Assembly (NCBI GenBank): GCA_942492925.1
Contig: OW818641.1
Coordinates: 480,461-544,460 of the forward strand
Direction: 5' to 3'
From: an uncultured beta proteobacterium
GTDB lineage: Bacteria > Pseudomonadota > Gammaproteobacteria > Burkholderiales > Burkholderiaceae_D
Length of the DNA: 64,000 nucleotides
Shown here: piece by piece, positions 31,652-42,152 of the stretch
Layout of the letters: the number at the start of each line of letters is the position of its first letter
How positions within the stretch are numbered: the stretch's first letter is position 1
Translations under genes and position numbers: made by a program
Notes under the pieces: model-generated
The model's database searches: none
Seen by the model: the letters and a program-made list of their open reading frames with translations, nothing else
Told to the model about the DNA's origin: nothing

Positions 31652-32425
31652 TCAGATTTTCAGGAGTGCCTGGTCAAAAAAATCGATCAGCATGTCTTGA
31701 TAGGTAGCTCCGTAGCAGTCGGTCATGATATCCAGATGCTCGCCGCCCTCAACAGTCACCAGGCGCTTTGGCTCGTTGGCTTCGGCCAGCAGCATCTCGG
31801 AGTGCGAATACGGCACGATCTTGTCAGCTGTGCCGTGAATGAGCAGCAAAGGAATCGGCGCTAGTTTGGCAACATGGGTCGTCGCGCTCCAGGTTTCATC
31901 CACGATTTGCCCCTCGCCCGGGGTTCGGTCGTCTGCCAAGGCAGTATAAGAATGGAAAGGGGCTTCGGCCAGGACGGCGTATACGCCTTTCGGGCTGGCG
32001 CCGACGGCGGCGATGGCGATCATGCCGCCCAGGCTCTGGCCGAACACGAAGAGTTTGTTTGTGTCGATGTCGGGTCGCGAACGGACGTAATCGAGCGCCG
32101 CGACGGCATCTTCGAACACGCCCTTCGGGTCCGGCTTTCCATGTGACTGGCCGTAGCCACGATAATCGAACACGAAGACGTTATAGCCACGCGCCGGCAC
32201 CCATTGCACGTATTGCCACTGCATCGTCATGTTCTGCGCATTGCCGTGCAGGTGCACCACCGTGCCTTTGGCTTCTCGTGGGGTGGCCGTGTCCAGCGCC
32301 GGAATGAACCAGCCGGAGAGTACGGTGCCGTCCGCACTTTGAAAGGAGATGGACTCAAACGCGAGTCCGATTCGATCCGGCGCGTCGTATTTGATCCGGT
32401 CAGGAAAATAAAAAGTGCTATACAT
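31652..32425 (-). CDS. Alpha/beta-fold serine hydrolase, the upstream copy of the tandem paralogue pair
   Basis: 257 aa with GQSLGG, HGTAD and GGEHLD. It is collinear with the neighbouring paralogue along its full length; by eye roughly half of the positions are identical. Confidence 0.88.
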   Translation of the reverse strand: MYSTFYFPDRIKYDAPDRIGLAFESISFQSADGTVLSGWFIPALDTATPREAKGTVVHLHGNAQNMTMQWQYVQWVPARGYNVFVFDYRGYGQSHGKPDPKGVFEDAVAALDYVRSRPDIDTNKLFVFGQSLGGMIAIAAVGASPKGVYAVLAEAPFHSYTALADDRTPGEGQIVDETWSATTHVAKLAPIPLLLIHGTADKIVPYSHSEMLLAEANEPKRLVTVEGGEHLDIMTDCYGATYQDMLIDFFDQALLKI

Positions 32426-32576
32426 GAGTGCGAATGAATGCGCAAAGTGAAAAATATAGCAGCAAAAACGGCGCGAACGGCTCTCTAAATGAGTTCTTCA
32501 AATGAAAAACCCCGACTTGGCGGGGGTGCTTGAAAAAGGTCTGCCGTGTGCTCCCCCGGATCGGGCCGTTGCCCAA

Positions 32577-32601
32577 GAAAAATGCCGCATTGCTGCGGCA
32601 T
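32577..32601 (-). terminator. Rho-independent terminator downstream of tRNA-Pro
   Basis: On the minus strand it reads ATGCCGCA-GCAA-TGCGGCAT followed by TTTTT. Confidence 0.8.
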
Positions 32602-32614
32602 TTGACGGTATTTG

Positions 32615-32693
<79 letters not shown>

Positions 32694-32703
32694 TTTGGGC
32701 GGT

Positions 32704-33684
32704 TCAGTGATTTCGACCCGCCGCGAAAGCTGATAATTGTAGCAGGGTTTCCTTGAATTGGCTATGGGGCAAGGCGGAGATGGCTTGCGCGGCAGCCTGC
32801 GCTGCTTTTTCGGCAGCCTGGCGTGTGTAGGTCAGCCCGTCAGAGGCGGCAAGGGCTTCCACGATGGCGCCAAAATGGTCAGCGTTGCCATTTTCGATGG
32901 CGTGGCGAACCAGACGACGTTGTTCTTCCGTGCCTGTTTGCATCAGCCGGATCAGGGGCAGGGTCATTTTGCCTTCGCGCAAATCGTCGCCGAGGTTTTT
33001 GCCGATATTGTCGATGTTGCCGGAGTAATCCAGCGCATCGTCGATCAACTGGAACGCCGTGCCGAATTGTCGACCATAGGTTGCGGCAGCGGCAATGCCG
33101 GATTCCGGTGCGCCCGCGACCAGCGCCCCCAGCATGGCGGCTGCCTCGAATAAGGCCGCCGTTTTGGCATGAATGATGGCCATGTAGCGCTCTTCTGTGA
33201 CGGAAGGGTCGCGCATGTTCATCAATTGCAGCACTTCTCCTTCGGCGATCACATTCGTGGCATTGGCCATGACTTGCATGACGCGCATGTTGTCGGCGGA
33301 CACCATCATTTGAAACGCGCGGGTATAAATGAAGTCGCCGACCAGCACCGAAGCCGCATTGCCAAAAAGGGCATTGGCAGTGGGTTGTCCGCGTCGTAGC
33401 GCAGATTCATCGACGACATCGTCGTGCAGCAGGGTGGCGGTGTGGATGAATTCCACCACGGCCGCCAGGCTGTGATGCAGTTCACCTTGATAACCGAACG
33501 CCTTGGTAAAAAGTAGCAAAAGGGACGGGCGAATACGCTTGCCACCCGCATTAATAATGTATTCGCCGATTTGATTGACCAGCACCACATCGGAGTGCAA
33601 TTGCGTGCGGATGATGCGGTTGACCGCTTCCATGTCGGAAACAATCGACAGGATCGGCGCGCTCCCGTTGTTGCCGGTCATCAT
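32704..33684 (-). CDS. ispB: Octaprenyl diphosphate synthase
   Basis: 326 aa with the first DDxxD-type motif in [10 protein letters not shown] and the second in LIDDALDY. Its start overlaps the glmS stop (ATGA). Confidence 0.93.
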   Translation of the reverse strand: MMTGNNGSAPILSIVSDMEAVNRIIRTQLHSDVVLVNQIGEYIINAGGKRIRPSLLLLFTKAFGYQGELHHSLAAVVEFIHTATLLHDDVVDESALRRGQPTANALFGNAASVLVGDFIYTRAFQMMVSADNMRVMQVMANATNVIAEGEVLQLMNMRDPSVTEERYMAIIHAKTAALFEAAAMLGALVAGAPESGIAAAATYGRQFGTAFQLIDDALDYSGNIDNIGKNLGDDLREGKMTLPLIRLMQTGTEEQRRLVRHAIENGNADHFGAIVEALAASDGLTYTRQAAEKAAQAAAQAISALPHSQFKETLLQLSAFAAGRNH

Positions 33685-35498
33685 TCCACCGTGACGGATT
33701 TCGCCAGATTGCGCGGTTTGTCCACATCGGTGCCGCGCACCAGCGCCGTGTGATACGCGAGCAATTGCAGCGGCACCACGTGCAGGATCGGCGAGAGCAT
33801 GCCGTAATGTTCGGGCAAGCGGATCACATGCACGCCTTCGCTCGGCATGATGCGCGAGTCGGCATCCGCAAACACGAAGAGTTCTCCGCCGCGTGCGCGC
33901 ACTTCCTGCATGTTGGACTTGAGCTTGTCGATCAAGTCGTCATTCGGCGCAATAGTAACGACCGGCATCTCTTCGGTGACGAGCGCGAGCGGGCCATGTT
34001 TCAGTTCGCCTGCCGGATACGCCTCGGCATGAATGTAGGAAATTTCCTTGAGCTTGAGCGAGCCTTCCAGCGCAATCGGATAATGCACGCCGCGCCCGAG
34101 GAAGAGCGCATTTTCTTTTTTTGCAAAACTCTCTGCCCAGGCGATGATTTGCGGTTCCAGGGCCAGCGCGGCTGAAATCGCCACAGGCAGGTGGCGCATT
34201 GCGCGCAGATGTTCGGTTTCTTGTTCGGCCGTCAGGCGCCCTTTGATCTTGGCCAGCGTGAGCGTGAGCAGGAAGAGCGCAGCGAGTTGTGTGGTGAAGG
34301 CTTTGGTGGATGCGACGCCGACTTCGACGCCGGCGCGCGTGATGTAGGACAGCGCACATTCGCGCACCATCGCGCTGGTGGCGACGTTGCAGATGGTGAG
34401 CGTCTTGTCCATCCCCTGTTCGCGCGCATGACGCAGTGCAGCCAGCGTGTCAGCGGTTTCACCGCTTTGCGTGATGGTGACGATCAGCGTGTTCGGATTG
34501 GGTACGCTGTCGCGGTAGCGGTATTCGCTCGCGATTTCGACGCTGACCGGAATGCGGGCGATGGATTCCAGCCAGTATTTGGCGGTGAGGCCAGCATAAT
34601 AACTGGTCCCACAGGCGAGAATCAGCAGCGAATCAATTTTGTTAAAAATGGCTTCTGCCTGTTCGCCGAACAAGCTTGGGGCAACGCCTTCCACACCCTC
34701 GAGCGTGTCGGCGATGGCGCGCGGCTGCTCGAAAATTTCCTTTTGCATGTAATGGCGGTACGGGCCAAGTTCCGCGGCGGCGGTGTAAGCCTGCACGGTG
34801 CGCACCTCACGCATGACGGGTTTGCCGTTGACATCGGTGATGCGGAAATCGTTCAGGTGCAGGTCGACGACATCGCCTTCTTCCAGATAAATGATGCGAT
34901 CGGTGGTGCCGGCGATGGCCAGCGCATCGGATGCGAGAAAGTTTTCATTTTGACCGATCCCGACGATCAGTGGCGAGCCGGCGCGAGCGCCGACCATCCG
35001 GTTCGGTTCATCGCGGCAGATCACGGCGATGGCGTAAGCGCCCGTCAGCCGTTTGACGGCGCGCTTGACGGCATCGCAGAGATCGCCTGCATAGAGATGA
35101 TCAATGAGGTGGGCAATGACTTCGGTGTCGGTCTGGCTTTCGAAGGTATAGCCCAGTCCCTTGAGTTCGCTGCGGAGTTCATCGTGGTTTTCGATGATGC
35201 CGTTATGCACCAGCGCGATGCGACCGCGCGAAAAATGCGGGTGGGCATTGTTCGACGTGGGCGCGCCATGCGTCGCCCAGCGGGTGTGGGCAATGCCGAG
35301 CACGCCCCCTTGCCGGGTTTCGGTGATCTGTTTTTCGAGATCGGCCACACGCGAGGTGCTCCGGGCGCGTTGCAGTTCGCCGTCGATATGCAACGCGAGA
35401 CCGCACGAGTCATAGCCACGGTATTCCAGGCGCTTGAGGCCTTCGATCAGGACGGGGGTGATGTTGCGTTGCGCAATGGCGCCGACGATGCCACACAT
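33681..35498 (-). CDS. glmS: Glutamine--fructose-6-phosphate aminotransferase
   Basis: 605 aa starting MCGIVGAI (Ntn Cys), with two SIS domains and the C-terminal ...[15 protein letters not shown]. Confidence 0.97.
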   Translation of the reverse strand: MCGIVGAIAQRNITPVLIEGLKRLEYRGYDSCGLALHIDGELQRARSTSRVADLEKQITETRQGGVLGIAHTRWATHGAPTSNNAHPHFSRGRIALVHNGIIENHDELRSELKGLGYTFESQTDTEVIAHLIDHLYAGDLCDAVKRAVKRLTGAYAIAVICRDEPNRMVGARAGSPLIVGIGQNENFLASDALAIAGTTDRIIYLEEGDVVDLHLNDFRITDVNGKPVMREVRTVQAYTAAAELGPYRHYMQKEIFEQPRAIADTLEGVEGVAPSLFGEQAEAIFNKIDSLLILACGTSYYAGLTAKYWLESIARIPVSVEIASEYRYRDSVPNPNTLIVTITQSGETADTLAALRHAREQGMDKTLTICNVATSAMVRECALSYITRAGVEVGVASTKAFTTQLAALFLLTLTLAKIKGRLTAEQETEHLRAMRHLPVAISAALALEPQIIAWAESFAKKENALFLGRGVHYPIALEGSLKLKEISYIHAEAYPAGELKHGPLALVTEEMPVVTIAPNDDLIDKLKSNMQEVRARGGELFVFADADSRIMPSEGVHVIRLPEHYGMLSPILHVVPLQLLAYHTALVRGTDVDKPRNLAKSVTVE

Positions 35499-35517
35499 AG
35501 ATGATGTTCGCTAGGTA

Positions 35518-35564
35518 ATAAAGAAAACGAAACTGGCCCGATTCCGATTGGGGAACCGGGCCAG
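35518..35564 (-). terminator. Rho-independent terminator after the phosphoketolase gene
   Basis: On the minus strand it reads CTGGCCCGG...CGGGCCAG followed by TTTCGTTTTCTTTATT. A second short hairpin (AGTCCG...CGGACT) directly follows the xfp stop codon. Confidence 0.75.
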
Positions 35565-35608
35565 CTTGCTATTTTACCGTCAAAAGTCCGAATAATTGGC
35601 CGGACTGT

Positions 35609-38053
35609 TTATTTGCGACGGGGCTTTTTCTTGGGGGTATCCGCCAGTGAGCTGCCTTGCCCCCATTTCCAGTTCTGGATTTCCGGCATGTCTTCGCCAT
35701 GTTCGTGGACATAGGCCTTGTGCTCCAGCAACTTGTCGCGCAACATTTTTTGCAGATACGCGGCGCTGGAACCCAGTTGCGGCAGCCGGTCGATGACGTC
35801 CATGACCAGATGGAAACGGTCGAGGTCGTTCATCACCACCATGTCAAATGGCGTGGTGGTTGTGCCTTCTTCCTTGTAGCCGCGCACGTGCAGGTTGGCG
35901 TGGTTGGTACGGCGATACGTCAGACGGTGGATCAGCCAAGGGTAGCCGTGGAAGGCGAACACGATCGGTTTGTCCTTCGTGAACATCATGTCGAAATCCT
36001 TGTCGGACAATCCATGCGGGTGTTCGCTTTGCGGTTGCAGCGTCATCAGGTCCACGACGTTGACTACACGCACTTTCAGGCCTGGCATGTAGTCGCGCAT
36101 GATTTCGACGGCCGCTAGGGTTTCCAGGGTGGGGACATCGCCGCAGCACGCCATGACGACATCGGGTTCGCCGCCCTGATCGTTGCTGGCCCACTCCCAG
36201 ATGCCAACGCCCACCGTGCAATGCTTGATTGCTTCGTCCATCGTCAGGAATTGCAGCGCGGGTTGCTTGCCGGCGACCACGACGTTGATGTAGTGGCGGC
36301 TGCGCAAGCAGTGATCCGTCACAGACAACAAGGTGTTCGCATCCGGCGGGAGATACACGCGGGTGATGGTCGCTTTCTTGTTCATCACATGATCGAGGAA
36401 GCCCGGATTTTGATGACTCAAGCCATTGTGATCCTGGCGCCAGACGTGCGAGGACAGCAGATAGTTCAGCGACGGAATCGGCCGACGCCACGGAATCCGG
36501 CGCGAGATTTCCAGCCACTTCGCATGTTGGTTGAACATCGAATCGACGATGTGGATGAAAGCTTCATAGCAGGAGAAGAAGCCGTGGCGACCCGTGAGCA
36601 GGTAGCCTTCCAGCCAGCCCTGGCATTGATGTTCGCTCAAGACCTCCATGACGCGGCCATCGTGTGCCAAGTGGTCATCATACGGATAAATGGTTTCGGT
36701 CCACGTGCGATTGGACACTTCCATCACCGCATTCCAGCGGTTGGAATTGGTTTCATCCGGGCTGAAGACGCGGAAGTTGGTCATGTTTTGTTTCAGCACA
36801 TCGCGCATGAAAGCACCCTGGATACGGGTCGCTTCAGCCTCGACTGTTCCCGGTTTGTCGAATTTGAATTCGTACTTGCGGAAGTCCGGCATCTTCAAAT
36901 CGCGCATCAGGATACCGCCGTTGGCGTGTGGATTCGCGCCCATGCGGCGCTGGCCTTGGGGGGCGAGTTCAGCCAGTTCGGGGAGCAATGCCCCGTTTTT
37001 GTCGAAGAGCTCGTTATGTTTGTAACTCTTCATCCACTGTTCAAGCTGTTTCAAGTGGCTGGGCACTTTGGCGAGCTCGGAGAGTGGTACTTGATGCGAG
37101 CGGAAGGTGCCTTCGACTTTCTTGCCGTCGACCACCTTCGGCCCTGTCCAGCCTTTGGGCGAGCGCAACACGATCATCGGCCATTGTGGGCGTTGCGTGA
37201 ATCCTTTGGTGCGCGCGTCGTGCTGGATTTGCTTGATCTCGGCGATGATGGTGTCCATGGTGGCGGCCATCTTTTGATGCATGGTCGCTGGATCATCGCC
37301 TTCGACGTAATACACTTTATGACCATAACCGCGGAACAGGGCATCCAGTTCGTCATGGGGAATGCGCGCCAGCATGCAAGGCCCAGCGATTTTGCCATCG
37401 TTCAGATGCAGAATGGGCAGCACCGCGCCATCCGTCACGGGGTTCAGGAATTTGTTCGAGTGCCAGCTGGTCGCCATTGGACCGGATTCCGCTTCGCCGT
37501 CACCCACAACGCAAGTGACGATCAAGTCCGGATTGTCGAAGGCCGCGCCATACGCATGCGAGAGTGCGTAACCGAGTTCGCCGCCTTCATGAATCGAGCC
37601 GGGCGTTTCGGCGGCAACGTGACTGGGGATGCCGCCGGGGAAGGAAAACTGCTTGAAGAGTTTTTGCATCCCTTCTTCATCTTGCGGCACGTTTGGATAA
37701 AACTCGCTGTACGTCCCCTCGAGATAGGTGTTTGCCACCAGGCCGGGACCGCCATGGCCGGGGCCGGTGATGTAGATCATGTTGAGATCATGGTTCTTGA
37801 TCACGCGATTGCAGTGAACGTAAATGAAATTCAATCCAGGCACGGTGCCCCAGTGACCGAGTAGCCGCGGTTTGACGTGCTCGATTTTCAAAGGCTTTCT
37901 GAGCATCGCGTTGTCCAGCAAATAAATCTGGCCCACCGACAGATAATTGGCGGCGCGGAAATACGCATCCATTTTTTTCAGCATGTCGGGTGAGAGCGGA
38001 GTGGATTTGTCGGCGTTTTTTCTCGTTGTTATGGCTTGCACTTTTGAATTCAT
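35609..38053 (-). CDS. xfp: Xylulose-5-phosphate/fructose-6-phosphate phosphoketolase
   Basis: 814 aa with ...[15 protein letters not shown]....[15 protein letters not shown]...H.NR...GPGHGGP... and EGGELGY signatures. Confidence 0.93.
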   Translation of the reverse strand: MNSKVQAITTRKNADKSTPLSPDMLKKMDAYFRAANYLSVGQIYLLDNAMLRKPLKIEHVKPRLLGHWGTVPGLNFIYVHCNRVIKNHDLNMIYITGPGHGGPGLVANTYLEGTYSEFYPNVPQDEEGMQKLFKQFSFPGGIPSHVAAETPGSIHEGGELGYALSHAYGAAFDNPDLIVTCVVGDGEAESGPMATSWHSNKFLNPVTDGAVLPILHLNDGKIAGPCMLARIPHDELDALFRGYGHKVYYVEGDDPATMHQKMAATMDTIIAEIKQIQHDARTKGFTQRPQWPMIVLRSPKGWTGPKVVDGKKVEGTFRSHQVPLSELAKVPSHLKQLEQWMKSYKHNELFDKNGALLPELAELAPQGQRRMGANPHANGGILMRDLKMPDFRKYEFKFDKPGTVEAEATRIQGAFMRDVLKQNMTNFRVFSPDETNSNRWNAVMEVSNRTWTETIYPYDDHLAHDGRVMEVLSEHQCQGWLEGYLLTGRHGFFSCYEAFIHIVDSMFNQHAKWLEISRRIPWRRPIPSLNYLLSSHVWRQDHNGLSHQNPGFLDHVMNKKATITRVYLPPDANTLLSVTDHCLRSRHYINVVVAGKQPALQFLTMDEAIKHCTVGVGIWEWASNDQGGEPDVVMACCGDVPTLETLAAVEIMRDYMPGLKVRVVNVVDLMTLQPQSEHPHGLSDKDFDMMFTKDKPIVFAFHGYPWLIHRLTYRRTNHANLHVRGYKEEGTTTTPFDMVVMNDLDRFHLVMDVIDRLPQLGSSAAYLQKMLRDKLLEHKAYVHEHGEDMPEIQNWKWGQGSSLADTPKKKPRRK

Positions 38054-38313
38054 CTTCCTGTTCCTTTTTCAGTTTGAAGAACCGGCGCAAAAAAAGCGTG
38101 TGCGCGCGTCGGGAGGGGTGAGACGACTGATGCTGTGAAACAGCAAACTGCTAGGTAGGTGACGCAAAGGGGGAAACTGCTCATTGCCAACAATACACCA
38201 TTGCGCGGCGATCGTGCAATGGGGAAATCTTTCAATCTTGATGCTGGTTAACTAGGATGCACGCCTTTGTGGCGTGTTCAAAACAGTGGAGAAATGGCGT
38301 AATGCTGAACGCG

Positions 38314-39681
38314 TTATTTTTTATTTTTTTCCGGGCGTTTCCAACCTGCTTTGGTGGTGGGTTTGGCGCGTGTGACGACCAGGGACCCTGCAGGCGCGTC
38401 GCGCGTCAACGTCGTGCCCGCGCCGATGGTGGCGCCTTTGCCGACGCGAAGCGGTGCCACCAGCTCGACGTTGGTGCCGATGAAGGCATCGTCTTCGATA
38501 ATCGTATGATGCTTGTTGGCACCATCGTAATTGCAGGTGATGGATCCCGCGCCAAAGTTGACGCGCTCGCCAACGGTGGAATCGCCGACGTAGGCCAAAT
38601 GATTGGCCTTGGCGCCAGCAGCGAGTTTGCTATTCTTGATTTCAACAAAATTACCGATGTGAACGTCTTCACCCAGCAGGGCACCGGGCCGCAGGCGGGC
38701 GTAGGGGCCGACGATGGAAGCTGCCCCGACTTCCGCTTCGTCAATATGACAAAACTCACGGATGCGGGCGCCGTTTTTGATGAGCGCGTTTTGGATGATG
38801 CAGTTCGCGCTGATAGACACACCATCGCCCAGTGTGACATCGCCCGTGAAAACGCAATTGACATCAATAAAGACATCGCGCCCACAGGTGAGCGTGCCGC
38901 GCACATCAAGGCGCGCCGGGTCGGCCAGCGTGACGCCTTGCTCCAGCAAACGGTTGGCAATGTTGCGCTGGTGAATGCGCTCCAGTTCCGCCAGCTGCAC
39001 TTTGCTGTTGACACCGAGGGTTTCCCACACGGCATCGGGTTGGGCAGACACGACCGGCACGCCGTCGCGCACGGCCATCGCAACAATATCAGTCAGGTAA
39101 TACTCTTTTTGGACATTGTTGTTGGACAGGGCGCCCAGCCATTGCTTCAGCTTCGGCGTGGGGATGACCATGATGCCGGTGTTGATTTCGGTAATCGCGC
39201 GCTCGGCTTCGGTGGCATCTTTTTGCTCGACGATGCGCGCAATGGAACCCTTCGCGCCCTTGTCCCGCACAATGCGACCATAGCCGGTCGGGTCGGACAA
39301 AGACACGGTCAAAATCCCCAGCTTGTCGTTGCCAGCGGACGCCATCAGACGGCGAAGCGACTCGGCTTTGGTTAGGGGAACGTCGCCATACAACACCAGC
39401 GTCGGGGCAGTGTTGTCCAGATGCGGCAGCGCTTGCATGACGGCATGGCCGGTGCCCAGCTGCGGGCTTTGTAGCGCGAACACGACATCGGAAGCTTTCA
39501 ACGTGGTCGGCACCTGATCCCCGCCATGACCGTAAACCACACAAATCTTTCCTGCAGACAACGTGCGAGCCGTGTCGAGCACATGCGCCAACAGGGGTTT
39601 GCCTGCAAGCGGGTGCAGCACTTTAGGCAGGTCAGATTGCATGCGCTTGCCCATGCCGGCAGCGAGGATGACGATATTCAT
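38314..39681 (-). CDS. glmU: Bifunctional UDP-N-acetylglucosamine pyrophosphorylase / glucosamine-1-phosphate N-acetyltransferase
   Basis: 455 aa from [14 protein letters not shown] (the LAAG.G.RM motif) with C-terminal left-handed beta-helix hexapeptide repeats. Confidence 0.96.
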   Translation of the reverse strand: MNIVILAAGMGKRMQSDLPKVLHPLAGKPLLAHVLDTARTLSAGKICVVYGHGGDQVPTTLKASDVVFALQSPQLGTGHAVMQALPHLDNTAPTLVLYGDVPLTKAESLRRLMASAGNDKLGILTVSLSDPTGYGRIVRDKGAKGSIARIVEQKDATEAERAITEINTGIMVIPTPKLKQWLGALSNNNVQKEYYLTDIVAMAVRDGVPVVSAQPDAVWETLGVNSKVQLAELERIHQRNIANRLLEQGVTLADPARLDVRGTLTCGRDVFIDVNCVFTGDVTLGDGVSISANCIIQNALIKNGARIREFCHIDEAEVGAASIVGPYARLRPGALLGEDVHIGNFVEIKNSKLAAGAKANHLAYVGDSTVGERVNFGAGSITCNYDGANKHHTIIEDDAFIGTNVELVAPLRVGKGATIGAGTTLTRDAPAGSLVVTRAKPTTKAGWKRPEKNKK

Positions 39682-39739
39682 GTTGTGGTCCTCAGACGAA
39701 TGGCGCACACTGGCCGAAGGGCTATGTGTGCGCTCACCA

Positions 39740-40348
39740 TCAAATTTTGCCTTGGTTTTTCAGGCGGCTGAGGGTTTCAGCCGACAAATTCAGATATGAG
39801 GCCAATTCTTTCTTGGGCATTCGATCATACAAGTCCGGATGTTTGCGCAGAAAACGGTGCACACGTCCGGGCGCGTCCAGCAAATGCAGGGTAATCGTAT
39901 GCGCCATGATGCTGCTCATGATATTGAGCACTTCCGTCTCAAAGCGTTGCTTGAGATTGGGGTAGGTTTCGATGAAGGAAACCCATTGCGGTAGTGGCAG
40001 TTTGGCGACGCGAGTTTTGGTGACAGCGATCAAACTGAACGGGGCGGGCTTGTTCAATCGCCAGGAGGCATAAGTGGCTTCCATGTTGCGCTCGCTGGTG
40101 AAGCGCAGAATCATTTCCTTGGCATTTTGGTTAGCCACAGCACGCTTGAGAATACCATCCAGAACAAAAACCACATCCAGATCGCGATCCCCTTGGTGCA
40201 ATAAACAGTCGCCCTTAACGTAATCTTCTACCATCAAAAACTGTTCTAACTCGGCCAATTCCCGAGGGTTCATGTCTTTTAAAACAGCACTTTGCGTGAG
40301 TTGAACACGAATGATGTTTTTCTCTGGATGATTCGCAATGAGTGGCAT
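39740..40348 (-). CDS. Crp/Fnr-family transcriptional regulator with a cNMP-binding-like domain and an HTH
   Basis: 202 aa. The beta-roll region is ...[23 protein letters not shown]... and the C-terminal HTH is ...[23 protein letters not shown]. The start at 40348 was chosen because the longer ORF to 40447 would begin at a TTG inside a repeated operator-like box. Confidence 0.85.
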   Translation of the reverse strand: MPLIANHPEKNIIRVQLTQSAVLKDMNPRELAELEQFLMVEDYVKGDCLLHQGDRDLDVVFVLDGILKRAVANQNAKEMILRFTSERNMEATYASWRLNKPAPFSLIAVTKTRVAKLPLPQWVSFIETYPNLKQRFETEVLNIMSSIMAHTITLHLLDAPGRVHRFLRKHPDLYDRMPKKELASYLNLSAETLSRLKNQGKI

Positions 40349-40388
40349 AAAACTTCTCTGAACAGGGTGCAGTGCGATAGGGTATCCA

Positions 40389-40411
40389 GAAAATTGACGC
40401 GGGTCAAGAAT
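40389..40411. promoter_or_regulatory. First copy of a 23-bp direct repeat containing the Crp/Fnr-type box TTGAC-GCGG-GTCAA (40394-40407)
   Basis: GAAAATTGACGCGGGTCAAGAAT was read directly. It is identical to the copy at 40429-40451. Confidence 0.7.
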
Positions 40412-40428
40412 CAAAGGAATGAGGCGGT

Positions 40429-40451
40429 GAAAATTGACGCGGGTCAAGAAT
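40429..40451. promoter_or_regulatory. Second copy of the 23-bp direct repeat with the box TTGAC-GCGG-GTCAA (40434-40447)
   Basis: It is a perfect repeat of 40389-40411, exactly 40 bp away, in the divergent regulator-frc intergenic region. Confidence 0.7.
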
Positions 40452-40717
40452 GTAACGGTGGCGAAGCCGCTATGATAGCGATTAGCTTAAAAATATTCTG
40501 CCCTAGGAAGTTTGATTATGTTGCTATGTGGCATAGCAAGTTTGGAGGGTGGATATTATAGGTTATTTAACATCTTTCATGCTGGCATGATTAGGCGATT
40601 GATGTGCGATTGATAAGAAGTAGGTAAGACCTTCGGGAAGTGATTCCCTTGTTGTATGAACAGCGTCTAAAAACGCTTTAAAGCATAACTAACTGATTCA
40701 TTGGAGGAAGTTTAATT

Positions 40718-42010
40718 ATGGGTAAATATGCATTATCGGGCGTTCGCGTCCTCGACATGACCCACGTGCAAGCTGGCCCGACTTCGTCGCAGCTGCTGGC
40801 GTGGATGGGCGCAGACGTCATCAAGTTCGAGCCGCCGGGCACTGGCGACATCACCCGCGTTCAGTTGTGCCATCAGAAGGATGCAGATGGCAAGTGGATC
40901 GACAGCTTGTATTTCACGATGCTCAACAGCAACAAGCGTTCGATCACGGTCAACATGAAGAGCAAGGCTGGTTGTGATGCATTCGAAGCGTTGATCAAGA
41001 ACTGCGACGTCATGATGGAAAACTTCGGCCCTGGCGTTCTGGACCGTTTTGGCTATCCCTACGAAAAACTGATGTCGCTCAATCCTGGCCTGATCTATGC
41101 AACCCTGAAGGGCTTCGGCGCTACGGGTCCGTACGCACAGTTCAAGGCTTATGAGCCGATCGCACAAGCAATGTCGGGCGCAATGTCCACGACCGGTTTC
41201 CCGGAATCCCCGCCGACCATCACTGGTGCACAAGTTGGTGACACCGGTACGGGTCTGCATCTGGCAATCGGTATCTGCGCTGCGCTGTATCATCGCACGC
41301 ACAACGGCGGCAAAGGCCAAATGGTCGAAGTTGCAATGACCGACGGCGTGATGAACCTCTGCCGTGTTAAGTACCGTGACCACGGTCGCTTGATGGGTGG
41401 CAAGGGTGGTCTGTCCGAGTACAGCCGTCCGACCTTGGGTCTGACCTCTGTACCGCGCGCTGGTAATGACTCCGGTGGCGGCCAGCTCGGTAACTGCATT
41501 CCTTGCAAACCGTTCGGCCAAAACGACTATTGCTACATGGTTCTGCAAGAAGCCATCTTCCCGCAAATTTGCGAACTGATCGGCGGCGAAGCACTCAAGA
41601 ACGACGAGCGCTTCCTGAAGATTGCTGATCGTCGCAAGAACCAAAACGAACTGTGGAAGATCATCGCTGACTTCGCGAAGAACTACACCAAGTTCGAATT
41701 GTCGGCACTGTTCAACGGCAAAGACTTCCCATGCGGCCCGGTTCTGACGACCGAAGACGTATCCAAAGACGCACACGTTGCACATCGCAAGATGTGGGTG
41801 GAAGTCAAGGACAGCAAGCGTGGCAACTACTGGACCGTCGGTATGCCGGTGAAACTGTCCGAAGGCAATGTTCCGGAAATCTTGGCTGCTCCGCTGCTCG
41901 GCGAGCACACCAACGAAATCTTGACCCAGGTTTGCGGCTATTCCATGGACCAAGTCAAGAAGATGACCGAAGAAGGTGCGTTCACCGTACCGGAGCGTCG
42001 CAAGAAATAA
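40718..42010 (+). CDS. frc: Formyl-CoA:oxalate CoA-transferase (class III CoA-transferase)
   Basis: 430 aa with ...VRVLDMTHVQAGP...DSLYFTMLNSNKRSI...ENFGPG.LDR.G.... It is collinear with O. formigenes Frc as I remember it, including the Gly-rich loop GNDSGGGQ. Confidence 0.92.
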   Translation: MGKYALSGVRVLDMTHVQAGPTSSQLLAWMGADVIKFEPPGTGDITRVQLCHQKDADGKWIDSLYFTMLNSNKRSITVNMKSKAGCDAFEALIKNCDVMMENFGPGVLDRFGYPYEKLMSLNPGLIYATLKGFGATGPYAQFKAYEPIAQAMSGAMSTTGFPESPPTITGAQVGDTGTGLHLAIGICAALYHRTHNGGKGQMVEVAMTDGVMNLCRVKYRDHGRLMGGKGGLSEYSRPTLGLTSVPRAGNDSGGGQLGNCIPCKPFGQNDYCYMVLQEAIFPQICELIGGEALKNDERFLKIADRRKNQNELWKIIADFAKNYTKFELSALFNGKDFPCGPVLTTEDVSKDAHVAHRKMWVEVKDSKRGNYWTVGMPVKLSEGNVPEILAAPLLGEHTNEILTQVCGYSMDQVKKMTEEGAFTVPERRKK

Positions 42011-42050
42011 TATTGCCCTGTTTCAAAGGCAGTAGTGTTTTAATGTAGCA

Positions 42051-42076
42051 AGATGGGCGACGAAAGTCGCCCATCT
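42051..42076 (+). terminator. Hairpin after frc, a probable terminator with a weak T-tract
   Basis: AGATGGGCGAC-GAAA-GTCGCCCATCT is followed by ACTTTAAAG. Confidence 0.55.
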
Positions 42077-42152
42077 ACTTTAAAGAGCAGTAAATGCGTT
42101 GCCGGAAGAGTTGTCCGGCGGGCTACCTGAGCTCTCAACACTAAGGACGAGT

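Noticed and set aside
39740-40447. The long 235-aa form of the Crp/Fnr regulator
   Set aside because: This form would start at a TTG inside the second operator repeat, and its first 33 codons would be encoded by the two 23-bp direct repeats. The ATG at 40348 gives a normal-length regulator.
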